Below, in pieces: positions 43,081-58,449 of a stretch of 64,000 nt of DNA. Location: assembly GCF_009914755.1 (NCBI RefSeq), contig NC_060935.1. The stretch is one strand, 5' to 3'. How positions within the stretch are numbered: the first letter of the stretch is position 1; every line of letters begins with the position of its first letter. The DNA comes from the human T2T-CHM13v2.0 reference genome, Homo sapiens. Under the pieces are notes generated by a model. The model was given only the letters and a program-made list of their open reading frames with translations. It ran no database searches and was not told the origin of the DNA. Made by a program: the position numbers and the translations under genes.

Positions 43081-43926
43081 GCACAAAGCCACTTTCACAT
43101 TGCCTCTCATTTTCTTCTGCACAGATAAGAGATCTCCCAACCTCCTCTGAAATCTTACCAAATTCTACCGGTTTATCTTTTTCTCAGTGGAACTGATCTC
43201 ATATTCTATGTCTCAAAGCCATTTCCCTTCTGTACTCCAAGCCTGAATTTCTACCTGAACATTCTACAGATATCTCAAACTCCTCTTGACCAAAATGGAA
43301 CACCTCCCATTTCCTTTCAAACATGCTTTGCCTCTGTACCTGCTATGGGTTCCACAATCTTCCCAGCCAACAGTGTTTGGAAATGTCATGGCATTTTAAA
43401 AATTCATCTCTGTCCATTGGCCCTTTTTACAATCAGTTGCCAAGTAATGTTGATAAGTGATGAAACACTTATTTAGGTTGCCCTCTCCTCTCCATTCCAC
43501 CTGCCTGAACTATCCTAATAGTCACCTAATGTCTCTCCACATTTCATCCTTCCTTCCTCCCATCCATCCTATGTCCTATCACTGAATTCTCCTAAAACAC
43601 TCTTCTCATCAGGTTATGCTCATTGCCTAAGAAATCAGATCCAAACTCCTTGCACAGATGATGAGGACCCAGTTGGATGTAGCCTCCGTCTATCTTTCCA
43701 GTCTCCATGCACCAAACAAAACTTCTGGCAGTTTCACACACACCCAGGCTTTCCTGCCATGGTTCCATCTGGGATGCCCTCTGCAACTCACATTCTTTTA
43801 GTTCAAATGCTCCCTGCTATAAAATTTTACTGTTGGATATATCTCCCTCTTCTGAACTCACTTACATTTTACTTCTACTTGAATCATTATCACTTTCCCC
43901 CCTCTAATTCAACTGTCTATGAGTCT

Positions 43927-45607
<1,681 letters not shown>

Positions 45608-46173
45608 CAATTATTTGTCTATGAGTCTCATAATCCCCACCAGATTGTGAGTTTGTGGAAGGTGGGGGCAATGATTCATCTCAGAATTTGCCACAGCACT
45701 TGCCACAGCACTTAACACCTAGTATATGGTAGGTATTTATTGGCTTAATTTATTAAGTCTCTAAGTAAATGAATGTATTCGCCAAACTGACTGTTGGACT
45801 ACTTGAAATTCACAGAGCTCAGAGCAGCTAAACCTTGAAAGTAGATAAAAATCACCAGGAGACCTGGCTCACCTGGGTCTCATTCTGATCCAGTCAAAGG
45901 TTGTCATTATGTACAGCAACCTTGCTTTTTGTCCCTGGGGAGCACTCCAGGCTAACCCATCCCACTGGCACCAAAGCCCTTTCCCATCATCCCCACCACA
46001 CCCTGGAAGCTTAGAACATGTCATTATCCTCCCTCATATGTCAGTCCACAAGATGCCAAGTAGATCCCTAACACTCCTTGCAGTGATAACAAGATAACAT
46101 AGTGACAAAGTACTTTGAACTTCACAGGTTCCATTCACCCTGCAGTTATGGCTATTACCGTGCCCAGAAGCCA

Positions 46174-46187
46174 CCACCAGGGGGCTC
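46174..46187 (+). promoter_or_regulatory. Candidate CTCF site
   Basis: CCACCAGGGGGCTC is a near-consensus core; binding not shown. Confidence 0.55.
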
Positions 46188-46759
46188 CAGCATGTCTCTG
46201 AAACCTGGCTGTTCAGTAAGTCTATGAGAAAGACTGGAGGAAAACTCCGAAGTCTTAATTTCCATTCCCAAGACACAGAAATGCTGGACAATCCCAACTG
46301 ACCCCCTCACCCGAGAGCACAGCCGGGGAGGGTCCCAGGGCCCAATGAGGAACAAGTGCTTGTCTTGTCCCTGCAGATTTGAGAATCCTTGGGTGAGAAT
46401 TATGTGGATTTCAAGTTTTCTAGGAAGGACAGGGAAGGAGGACTGGAAAATCAGAGCTGGTAGTTCAAATTTTTAGTCAGATCTGGTTACTTTCTCCCAA
46501 GGCAAGTAACCCAAGAAAGTACCAGAAATCTTACACTAGCTCCACTATATTATGGTTTAGTAGTATTAGTGTCAACATTAACATTGTTGAAAAATACAAT
46601 TGCAATTTTTTGAGCACATGCTATACAACAGGCATTGTACTTTTTTCTCTGTACATGATATCATTTGACCCTCACGTTGCCCCTGTGAAGAATTATGATT
46701 ATTAGGAAACTAAGGTTCAGAAGAATAAGTGATATCCCAAGGTCACATGGCTTCTAAAG

Positions 46760-48540
46760 GCCAGACAGTCCAAGGCAGAGTGGAGCACATGAGCAAAGAC
46801 ACAGAAACAGGGAAAGCAAAGTATTCACAGTGCCCTACAAGCAGCTGGGTATTCTTGGAGAATAAAACAAGAAGGACATAGAGACAGAGACCACCTATCA
46901 CAACACAGAATATACTGTTAGGCTAATGACTTTATCATGCAAATGACTGAAAGCCTTTGAAGAGTTTTAAACAGGAGAGTGACATGCCAGACTTATGTTT
47001 TAGGAACTGTGGCAGAGAATGGATCGGAGAAAATAAGACTGAAGGCAGGAAGACCAGATGGAAACTGTTGAAGTAATAAAGAAATGATGACAGCTTTGTG
47101 CCTTCTCCATCTCTTTTATATGGAGGGACAGCCCTGGAATAGAAAAATGTTTAGGAGGTAAAATCAGCAGGTCTTGGTGAAGTATTACATAAGGTGTCAG
47201 CCTACGGCATCTCCAGCCTATTCTCCCATGCCTTGGACTGACGTATACAATCATCTTGTAAATGACCCATGTCAAATTGTGCAGAGAATACATGAATGAA
47301 CAAAGCAAAGTTTCTGATGACCTTCTAGTTGGAGCAGACAATACCAAATAAACAAGAAAAATATCCAACAGAGATAAGTGTTATGCAGACAATTAAAATA
47401 TGGTGATGTGATAGGTGTCGGGCTCCTTTAGAATGAGTGGTCAGGGAAACCTCTCTGAGATGTCATTTAGACTTTCTAAGGCCATGTGAAAATCAGGGAA
47501 AGAAGTGGCTTACGAGGTTGAAAAAATCCAAAGCAGGCCAGTGAAGCTAGAATAGAATGGGCAAAGGAGAAAAGGGAATAAGGTAAGATTAGAGAGATCG
47601 GCCAGAGGCCAGATCACACAGGACTTTGGAAGTAAGGTTTGGGAACCTAGATTTTGAGTATCATGGGAAGCTTGTGGAAGGTTTTAATCAAGGGAATGAC
47701 CTTATCTAATGTAAGTTGCTAAGTGATCTCCCTGGCTTCTGTATGAAAAATGAAGGCAGGGGAATAGCGAAAGCAGGGATAGTTGTTCCACTGAGAAATG
47801 ATGGTGGTCTGGAGCAAAGTAAATGGATTACGGACCTCTTCTGATAGAGTAGAGTGGAAGGTAAGAGAGAGACGAATCAAGGGTGACTCTCTATTTTGGC
47901 TTGGGCAACAAGGATGGAGAAGCCATGAAGGAGCAATTTGACATGGAGAAATCAAGAGCTTTGTTTTGGACGTGTGGAGTTTGAGATGTCTACTAGAGAC
48001 CCAAGGGAATATGCCAAGTAGGCAGCTGGAAATACAAGTCTGGAATTCAGGACAGAAAGTGCATATAGAAATGCACATTCCAGAATGATCAGCCTATAGT
48101 TGGCATTTAAAGTCAGAACACCAGCTGAGATTTCTTACTGAGTAAGAAAGAGCAGAGATGAGGCTGAGAAGTGAGCTCTGAGACATTCAAATATTTGGAC
48201 GTCAGAAAAAAAAGAGGAGCTAGGGAAGAAGATAAGATGGAACAGCCAATGGGTGAAAAGAAGTCAAAGACTTCTGCAGTGTCCCCATAACCAAATGAAG
48301 AAAGTGGTCAAGAAAGGGAAAGGAACCAACTGTGTCAAATATCACTAAAAGTTCAAGTTGAAAGAGGACTGAGAACCAACCATCAGATTTTACAAGATGG
48401 ATGCTATTAACGCATACGGAAAGAGATCTCAGGGGATTGGCAAGGACAAAGTTCAATAAGAGCAAATTAAAGGGAGAAAGGAAGTAAGGAAATGGCCTCA
48501 ATGTCCCTAGGAGGAAAAACCACATGCCAGGGATGAGAAC
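46760..48540 (-). mobile_element. L2 fragments
   Basis: ggccagatcacacaggacttt; gttttggacgtgtggagtttgagatgtcta; ccaagtaggcagctgga; aactgtgtcaaatatcac. Confidence 0.8.
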
Positions 48541-49714
48541 TCAGGGGTGGTATAGGGCTTGAGGAAGGTGGTGAAGGCTAAGGCAAGTAATGAGCTCTTG
48601 AAGGAGGAGCTAATCGCAGTGGCACAGTGTGTGTAATCTACACTTCTTCTAGCAGCAGGAGCAGCAGCCCAGAAGTAGGAGCTGAGAAGACAGAGGTCTC
48701 ATACATCCAGAGTTAGTTTTCTGATGGATGAGTCCAGCCAAATGAGAGAAAGTGAGGGAACCCAGAGTTCTGACAAGGAAGTGGCTCAGATAATTAACCA
48801 TGTGAGTTCACAAAGAAAAATGTGCAGGGCAGTACTTGTGGGATGGGACAAAAACAGGAGCCAAGGACTTGAGGACTCTTTGTGGAAGAAGAACAGGCAG
48901 GGGAGGAATGAGTACTAACAGAGCTGAATAAGAAGCTGGTCGGAAGGAGAGATTAAGGTAACAAGACCATGAGAAGGTCCTTAGCTAACTGGGAAATCAG
49001 TCCTGGAGTCACACTGGCAGCGGCTCCATCTTCGCGAAGAACAGGTTGGTACCAAGACTTGTCCCCAGAGCAGTCCTATTCCATTCATTGCATTTCCAGA
49101 GATTGACAATGCCAGGTGAGCTAACCATGCCTTTCACAACAGGTGGGTCCTGGGTTGGCTCTGCAGCAGTGTGCGTGCTCATTATAGGTAAGACCTGCCT
49201 GCAGGGCTGGAGGGGATTTGCTCCTGGCCTTCAGAACATCACGTTGTACATTCTTCCAAAGCAATGTCCCCTTGTGTTTTTGATGTTCCTAGAGACGCAA
49301 GCTTGGGTCCATGAACAATCTAAGAAAATCCTGGACTCAGAAATGCTTCTTCTTTTACACAGATGAGGTAGTGTTTTTGACCCAAATTATCTCCATTATG
49401 ATAAACACCTTCCCTCAGACCTTAGCGCAAATAGATAAGCCCACTCCTCCACACATGCCCTGGCATACTTGGCCCGTAAATGGAAGATAGCTTTATTTCA
49501 AGGCAAAACCCTACTACACTGATATTTTTTTCTACTGTGTTGTGAGATATTGGGGAGAAATTGGGGATAAGAACAGTGCACCACTTCCACAGCACATAAT
49601 AAGCACTCAGTAAATATTTTGTATTGGAATGAATGAATGGACACAATTTAGAAAACAGGGAAACAAAAGAGAAGAGAAAAGAAAGAGGTACCAAAACTTT
49701 TAGAAAAAAATTAA

Positions 49715-50024
<310 letters not shown>

Positions 50025-50157
50025 AAACATAGTCATTTTTACATTTGCCAAAAATCCCTCTTTGTAAACTATCAAGGAACAATTTTTTTACTATTCACTC
50101 AACTATTTCCTATAAATAAACACAGCCACACTGAGGATTATTACTTTTTTAAAAAAC

Positions 50158-50452
50158 TTTTTTTTTTTTTTCTGAGACAGAGTCTTGCTCTGTTGCCCAG
50201 GCTAGAGTGCACTGGTACAATCTCAGCTCACTGCAACCACCGCCTCCCAGGTTCAAGTGATTCTTGTGACAGCCTCCCAAGAAGCTGGGATTACAGGCAT
50301 GTGCCACCCACCTAACTAATTTTTGTATTTTTAGTAGAGACAGGGTTTCGCCATGTTGTCCAGGCTGGTCTGAAACTCCTGGCCTCAAGCAATCTGCCCA
50401 CCTGGATCTCCCAAAGTGCTGGGATTACAGGAGTGAGTCACCGTGCCTGGCC
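50158..50452 (-). mobile_element. AluS (Sz/Sx-like)
   Basis: Full antisense dimer. Confidence 0.93.
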
Positions 50453-50574
50453 TTAGAAACTTCTTTTCTAGAAAAGTAGTCAACTAACATTAGTATTTTC
50501 TACTTTTACTCAAAACGGAGGTCAGCTACCATTGCTTTATCTATATTAGCTGACAATTCAGTGTTAACACCTCG

Positions 50575-52930
50575 AGAGATACAGAAACAATATAAATGTT
50601 CATCAATGGATACATAAGTAAAATGTAGTATATAAATATAAAGGAATACAATTCATCCTGAAAAAAGAAAGCGAGCCTGTTATTTGCTGCAACATGGGTG
50701 GATCTAGAGAACATTATGCTACATGAAACAAGCCAAATGCAGAAAGACAATCACTTATATGTGGAATCTAAAATAGTCAAACTCACAGAAGCAGGGAGTA
50801 GAATGGTGGCTGTCAGGGGCATGGTGGAAAGAGGAAAATGAGGAGGTGATGGCCAAAGGATACAAAGTTTCGGCTATGCAAGATAAATAAGTTCTGGAGA
50901 TCTACTACATAGCATAGTGCATATAGTCAATAATACTGTATTATATACATACAATTTTCTTTTTTTTAAAATTTTTACAGAGTTGGGGGTAGAAGTGCAG
51001 TTTTGTTTCATGGATATATTGTTTTGAAGTTTGAGCTTTTAGTGTACCCATCACCCACATAGCGTACACTGTACCTAAAAGGTAATTTTTATCCCTCATC
51101 CCCTACATTCAACTCTATGGCCATGTGTACACATTGTTTAGTTTCCACTTATAAGTGAGAATGCATGGGTTTTTACTTTCTATTTCCATTCATGTTGCTG
51201 CAAAAGACATGATTTCATTCTTTTCATGGCTGAGTAGTATTCCATGGTGTGTGTATATGCTATATACATAGTATTCCATATTCCACATTTTATTTATCCA
51301 ATCCTCTGTTGACGGACACTTTATGTTAATTCTATGACTTTGCTATCGTGAATAGTGCTGCAATAAACATATGATTGCAGGTGTCCTTTTATATAATGAT
51401 TTCTTTTCCTTTGGGTAGATACTCTGTAGTGGAATTGCTAGAGCTAATGGTAGTTCTATTTTCAGCTCTTTGTGAAATCTCCATACTGTTTTCCACAGAG
51501 GGTGTACTAACTTACATTCTCACCAACGGTGAATAAGTGTTATATTTTCTCTGCATCCTTGCCAACATCTGTTGTTTTTTTACTTTTTAATAATAGCCAT
51601 TCTGATTGATGTAAGATGGTATCTCATTGTGGTTTCACTAAAATGACCTTAAAGCAATCTACAGATTCAGTGTGATTCCTATCAAATTACCAATGTCATT
51701 TTTTGCAGAATTAGAAAAGACAGTTCTAAAATTCATATGGAGCCAAAAAAGAGCCCAAATAGCCAAGCAATTCTAAGCAAACAGAACAAAGCAGAGGTAC
51801 CACATTACCTGACTTCAAATTATATTACAAGACTACAGTAAACAAAATAACATGCTACTGGTATAAAAATAGACACATACATCCATGGAACAGAATAAAG
51901 AACTCAGAAATGAAGACACATACCTACAATCAACTGATCTTTGACAAAGTCAACAAAAATATCCATAGGGGAAAGAACACCCTATTCAATAAATGGTGCT
52001 GAGAAAACTGAATAGCCACATGCAGAATAATGAAACTGGACCCATATCTTTCACCATACACAAAAATTAACTCAAGATGAATTAATTACTTAAATGTAAG
52101 ACCTGAAATTATAAAAATCCTAGAAGAAAATGTAGAAAAAATGCTTCTGGACATTGGCCTAGGCAAAGAATTTATTTCTAAGACCTCAAAAGCAAATGCA
52201 ACAAAAACAAAAATAAGCAAATGGGACTTAATTAAACTAAAAAGCTTCTGCACAGCAAAACAAATAATCAACAGAGTAAAGAAACAACATACAGAATGGG
52301 AGAAGAAATAATTATTTCATCAGCCATAACTACCTCCTTGCTTTTCAGAAAGAGAAGAAAACAAAAACAGGCAAATGGCCAAAAAAAAAAAAAAAAAAAA
52401 AACAGGCAAAAAAAAAAATTAGGTAAATGGGACTTAATGCACAGCAAAAGAAATAATCAACAGAGTAAAGAGACAACCTACAGAATGGGAGAAAATATTT
52501 GCAAACTATGCATCTGACAAAGGACTAATATCCAAGCTCTATACAGAACCCAACCAACTCAACAGGAAGAAAACAACCCCAGCAAAAAATGAGCAAAGGA
52601 CATGAACAGACAGTTTTCAAAAGAAGACAATCAAGCGCACAAAAAAACATGAAAAAATGCTCAACATCACTAATTATCAGAGAAATGCAAATATATACAT
52701 ATAATTTTCTAAGGAGGTAGATCTCATGTTGTGCTCTTACCACACAAAAAAATAATAATTACAAAGGGGGCTGGATAAAACTTTAGGAGGTAGATGAATA
52801 TGTCTATGGCCTTGAAAGGTAATAGTTTCACAAGTGAATACTTATCTGCAAACTCATTGAGTTATATACCTTAAGTATATACAGCTTTTTACATGACAAT
52901 CATACCTCTACAAAGTGATTTGAAAAAAAT
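50575..52930 (+). mobile_element. L1MB-type 3' end (L1MB3-like), split by a younger L1
   Basis: Host sequence is continuous across the TSD: ...aataatactgtattatatacat | aattttctaaggaggtagatctcatg...catacctc. Confidence 0.8.
50961..52691 (-). mobile_element. L1PB-type element with 5' inversion (twin priming): 3' part minus 50961-51637, inverted part plus 51638-52691
   Basis: TSD tatatacata(c/t)aattttct at 50942-50960 and 52692-52710; plus arm ends atcagagaaatgcaaat and minus arm begins aaaccacaatgagatacc, which are adjacent in L1 ORF2. Confidence 0.9.
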
Positions 52931-53333
52931 AATAAATTGATGTTTCTCCATTTCCTCAGCATATTTTCTAAATTTTATAACAAAAATACATGCTAAAATT
53001 CAAAGTTATGTATGTATGTGTATGCTTGTGTGTTTACATTGTGCTGTTTTATTTTCTTAATACAAAATAATACAACTATAAAAACTGAAAAACTCTGCTT
53101 TAAAATTTAGATTAGCTCATATTCCTGGGTAATTTCTATGATTAAACCCTGTCCTTCGTCTTGGTTTTTATTTTCGCTGAAGTCTCTTTAAAAATATTAG
53201 TATCACGTCCACTTTTTGAGAAAAAGGACGAATTCAATTTTGTCTGAATATATTTTATCTCATTTGTTTTTTGCGATTTGATAAAAACATATTTTTCCTC
53301 TAGCTATTATCACAAGAATGGTAGTCATTATAC

Positions 53334-54700
53334 CTGAGTCTTCATTTTTGTCTTCTATAAGGCTCACAGTCTCCAAAACATTTTTAGGAGTCACGAGTTT
53401 CATCACCAGCATTCAGCATATTACAAAATACACTCTAAGCCCCTTTCAGCCATGACCTACTTCTTCCAGGCAAACTCTAACCCAGATGCTGTTCATCCAA
53501 ATCTTCTCTTTCTGAAAAGCAAGGAGGTGGCTATGGCTGAAGAAATAAAGAAATCTTCTGCCTGACTGGCTTCCTCTTGGGTGCCCATATGGCTTCTGAT
53601 TCTCTGAGAGGATCTGAAGTTGCTCTGAGGAAGATGGCTATACCGTCAAACTGTTTCTCCACTTAAGATCTCTGCCCAACTTCTGCAGAATCACTGAAAT
53701 AGTGAATTCCTTCTCCACTTCCACCCCTGACATATTTGGGAGTTGCTAAAGACAAATAACTGCAGTGACTACTGTGACTATTGGTAACAAGCCCTGATTT
53801 TAGAGGGAAAAAAAGAGGGGCTTTTGAGTTAGAAAAATCTCTTGACTGTGATCAAAACTGCTGTCCATTTTTTTCAGGGCTTATCATGCCTATTTGAGAA
53901 GCTCTCTTATCTGTCAGACTCTCCACCCAAAATTCATCTTCCAAGTTACATGTTTTCAATTCAAGCACAGATGGACTGGATGACAAAGGAGGCTCTATGT
54001 TATGAGGACAGCTGTTTATTTCAGGGAGGGCAACTCCTAATACAAGGCCTACAATGATTTCCTTGTGTGCCTTTTTTTGCTTTTGGAATTTGCTAGGATC
54101 CCATCATCAAAACAGTATGAAGCAGTTTTAAGATCTTCATTGCAATTATCTCTGGAAATACTGGTTACCTGGTGTTCGCTGTCTTTACTGCAGCAGACAA
54201 GCATATATAAATACATACACAGCTCCTTTGGCCTCATCTTGATCTTACTTTTCTTGAGAGAAATGGGATTTCTGCAAAATCTTTTATAAGTTAAGTCTGA
54301 CAATGAGTCTTAACTTTTTAAATGTGCTTTTCTCTTCTTCTTTCCTTTCTTGTCAATAATGGACAAGAATGAACATGAAAGAGAAAAAGCTTGATCCCGA
54401 TGAATGTCTTTTTTGGTAGCTTTGATTTTGCCTAGATCCTTTTTGTCATGTTTAGGATGTTTTTAGAAGTTTTATTATTTTTATAAAACGAGGCATTGGG
54501 ATGTTTGAGATTTTTTAAAAACATTCATGTTTTCTGAATATAGTGTCATGTCTTAATTTTTCTTATACAGCTGAAGCATATTTTGATGATCCATGTGATT
54601 TTCTAGCTTTATCTTTTATGTGATGGTAACTTGTTCTTAATTTTTCTTTACAGACATCAGAGTTCTCAAACTGGTGCTTACCTGCTTGCAACTGATGATA
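53334..54700 (-). pseudogene. Candidate decayed large coding exon (Lys/Ser-rich protein, not identified)
   Basis: Non-repeat 1367 nt bounded by TCTTATTTTAAG| and CAG|GTATAA; long near-open frames with sparse stops and frameshifts (YHQLQAGKHQFENSDVCKEKLRTSYHHIKDKARK..; KHDKKDLGKIKATKKDIHRDQ..IDKKGKKKRKAHLK; LPEINSCPHNIEPPLSSSPSVLELK..; VTPKNVLETVSLIEDKNEDS). Confidence 0.5.
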
Positions 54701-55109
54701 CTTAAAATAAGACAGACTACAGCAAGCTCAATTCTTCCATATAATAAACATTTAAGTGGTCACTATATGCACACAGTCCTACACTAGATGCCATCTATTG
54801 TAATATCTTAAGGAATTTAGTTGGGGAAGGAAAGATATAGGTCCTTGGAAGAAAAAATCAAGGCACTATATCAGCAATTACATAACAGGTGGTCAGATCA
54901 AAGATGGCCATAACTAAAAGTAAATCTATATTATTTTAGTAACATTACACATAGTGCAACAATTTGACTATAATACAAGTAGTATTGGATATGTCTAGTG
55001 AAACCGTAAGATGATTCAGCTGTAGCTAGGAGTGACAAGATGTACTTTAGTTAGAAATGGTAACTTTCTTAAGCATATGCTTCCCAAACAAAGTACAGAA
55101 TGTGATTTG

Positions 55110-55218
55110 ATTTTTTTTTCTTTTACAGAGGGTGTCTCACTATATTGCTGGCTGGGCTCAAGCAATCCACCCACCTCAGCTTCCCAAGGAGCGGGGAAGT
55201 ACAGGCGTGTACCACGGT
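55110..55218 (-). mobile_element. Degenerate FLAM/Alu monomer fragment
   Basis: gtctcactatattgc..ctgggctcaagcaatccacccacctcagcttcccaa..tacaggcgtg. Confidence 0.7.
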
Positions 55219-56489
55219 CAAATCATAAACAGCTTACGATTTGACTTTTAAGCAGAATTTTTTTTTAAGTTTCTACTGCCAAGTTGCCAACTTAGTGAAT
55301 TTTAAAGAAGAGAATGCTTGTTTGATGAGAATATCATCTCATCAAAAAGGTATATAATGTTTTGAGTAGGAAAGCAGAGAATCAATTATGAAACGTCATC
55401 TAGGGACCATGTGTCAGGAGAAAAACCATTTTAAAACTACAGACACAAGTCACGAAAAATTAAAGAAGCCAATTTACAATAACAGCTGTATCTATCTAAT
55501 AACACATCATAAAACCAACAAAGCCATGTTCTGCTGATAAGGTACAAGTAAATATCTACATAAACTTTTCCCTAGAACTGCATATTATCCATAATAGCAA
55601 TTTACATTTGTATAGTGTGTTTCTGCTTTCAAAATGTTTTCACATTCCATACCAATAAATGAAAAAGAATGTTGTGCAGTGTGCCAGATGCAGCTGTAGT
55701 GCAAATTGAGGGGGAAAATGTCTGGACCATTAGGCAGTGGTTGCAGTTCAGGATAGCTCTGTCTTTGGCACGTTGTGCTTTATGAAGATAAACCCCAGAT
55801 TATGAAGCTGGGTTCCAATCAAAACAAAAATCAAACAAGGCTGAGAGGACCAATTAAAAGACAAGGCAAGAGAAGCATATCCTGCTATGATTTGAATCAC
55901 ACTTCTAACCACTGACCTACACAGTACCAGGGAAGGAATAAAAATAGAACATAAGTCTGGTTCCACCAGTTAATTTAAATTGCTTATAATTTCACCTTTA
56001 AATCGGCCACTCCAACTCATCAGGGTTGGCAACAAATAAAGTGTGATTTACAAAAAGAACCTAGTAGGAAGGAGAGAGAGAAAAGCTATGCACCAACATA
56101 CTAAGCCAGGTGGAATCACTCTATACAAAGGTAAACAGAACTGATCCCGGAAAACAACAACAACAAAAACCTGTTAAGTGAAGTGGGCTAAGGCGACCTT
56201 CCTTTAGGAGTCACTCCTTTCTTAGACTCTTTCTCACTGCCTTTCCTCCTATTTTCTCTGGTCTTCCCCACCCCAACCATTCACACTCCCCACTTCCAGG
56301 CCTTAGAAACAGGAAAAGATCTTCAGTGTGAATCAGTTGAGGTCAGATACTCCTAACCAGAACTTAACACATTGAATCAGGTGTCCGGAAATGAACTTAG
56401 AAGTCTTTTCCCCCCTAATGTTTCGCCCTCTGCATCAATTGTCTTATAATAATTCCTACACATGGAGCCCAGACTCTGAGTAAACACGT

Positions 56490-56850
56490 TCCCTGACTGT
56501 AAATCAAGGCCTCCTGGGGCAGCTCATTCCATTTCTGGATTGTTCTAATCATTAAAATCTTCTCAGTTGTGCTAGCCAAAATTAGCCCCCTACAGTTTCT
56601 CCTCACTTGAGAAACATAAAACAAGTCCTTCTCCTCCTGGCAGCCTTTCACTTTGTTTGAAGGCAGCTGTCCTCCCCACCAAGTGCTATGTCCCTGCAGT
56701 TTAACTATGCCTAAATGCCCCTCATAGGACAGGATTTATAGGCTCCTAACCATATTGGTTATCCTCTCTTGAACATGTTGCAGTTCAACAAAGTCCCTGT
56801 TCAAAAATGTCACCCAGAATAGAACACAATATTGCAAGAATGGCCTATAT
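56490..56850 (-). mobile_element. L3/CR1 LINE 3' fragment
   Basis: Minus peptide KGC..E..LF....R..IRTIQKWNELPQE resembles the CR1 ORF2 C-terminus; gcagctcattccattt, cccagaatagaacacaata. Confidence 0.75.
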
Positions 56851-56932
56851 ATGGAATGAAAGCCTTTATCCACTGTTGAAAAAACTGAGCCTTCAAGAAC
56901 CAAGGATCACAAAAACAAGAGAAGGGTTTGTG

Positions 56933-56953
56933 TTGTTGTTGTTGTTGTTGTTG
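56933..56953 (+). repeat. (GTT)n microsatellite
   Basis: Seen directly. Confidence 0.9.
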
Positions 56954-57133
56954 TGTTATCAGAGGGTTTTTTCATATGGGAGTAGGAAGGAGGGCTTCAC
57001 CATGCTTTTCATTCTGTGATTCTGGAATTAAATTTTTAAAAAATAAAAATGAGAGTTGGCTTTCAAGATTCTCTGCTGGGGATTTTTGAAGAAACAAATG
57101 AATAAGATACAGCCTTGAAAGAGTCCACATACC

Positions 57134-57521
57134 TGGCACATATACACCATGGAATATTATGCAGCCATAAAAAATGATGAGTTCATGTCCTTTGTAGGGA
57201 CATGGATGAAATTGGAAATCATCATTCTCAGTAAACTATCGCAAGAACAAAAAACCAAACACCGCATATGCTCACTCATAGGTGGGAATTGAACAATGAG
57301 ATCACATAGACACAGGAAGGGGAACATCACACTCTGGGGACTGTTGTGGGGTGGGGGGAGGGGGGAGGGATAGCATTGGGAGATATACCTAATGCTAGAT
57401 GACGAGTTAGTGGGTGCAGCGCACCAGCGTGGCACATGTATACATATGTAACTAACCTGCACAATGTGCACATGTACCCTAAAACTTAAAGTATAATAAT
57501 AAAAGAAAAACAAAAACAAAA
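57134..57521 (+). mobile_element. L1PA2-like 3' end, ~390 bp
   Basis: ctagatgacgagttagtgggtgcagcgcacc (GAG, not the Ta-diagnostic ACA); perfect 16-bp TSD aaagagtccacatacc at 57118-57133 and 57522-57537. Confidence 0.95.
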
Positions 57522-58449
57522 AAAGAGTCCACATACCATTGCCCGCCCATTGTCCTCACCCCGTGTGCATTACAATCACATTGGGCTTTTGGATGAGGCA
57601 AGTCTTATGTGAGTCTTCTTTTAGAGTAACTTGTCGGGCATAAAGTACCCACAGATGAGCTTGACCTGGCGCCAGAATAGTTGTTTATTCCCCGGAAATG
57701 TAAAAGTGTTTCCTACCCTGACATTGCCCCCCATCCTCCAACCACATCAGTCTGGCTCTTGTACACTGGGTACCCTCTTCCCAGTCCTTCCTGCTCCTCA
57801 GAACGATAGACTTCTCTCTCTGCCCAGATACCCAGCCACTACACATCTAGTATCCAGTCTCTTGGACCCTGAGGGCTTGGAAAGAAAATGTGGGCTTCAC
57901 CAGTCTCCCTGCGGACTGCGAGCGCCAGAACACAGAGCAGCTTGCCTCCTTTCCCAGAGAATCCCGAGGATCTTGCCTTCATTCTCTTTGCTTTAACACC
58001 TGTTTGGTGCTGAAGGGCTGGGAGGTTTGCAGCCACGATCCTGTGATTAACGATACCGGAGCTGAAGCTGTGAAACTTCACCAGACTGCCCTTTATAGAC
58101 TTGCAGGACGGAAGTCTTGGGGAGCATTCCTTTTATGGGTGACAGAATGAAGGAAGCCCAGAAAGTTAACTGACTCATTCGAGATGACAGAGGACCGCAG
58201 TGATAGAGGAAGGACTATCTCAGTTCCCAGCTCAGCACCCCTTTCGCTGGAGGGCCTTATTAATTAACATCATCTAAATACTTTCTGTGTATTTTTAAGA
58301 AGTGGCTTTGGCTCTATCTATTCCACTTACTATTTTAACAAAGACGGTCCCTAAAAATGAAATGCCCACCCCACTTAGGTACAGCAGATCTTCCCTTCGA
58401 TGCCTAACTGCATATGGAAAAGCTGGCCTCACCACATCCTCTTCCTGCA

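Noticed and set aside
55321-55346. Perfect 10-bp hairpin tttgatgaga-N6-tctcatcaaa
   Set aside because: Too short and AT-rich to call a miRNA or other structured RNA without further support
55660-55720. ECCAVCQ RING-like start on the plus strand
   Set aside because: Followed by a stop, with no further RING ligands at the right spacing
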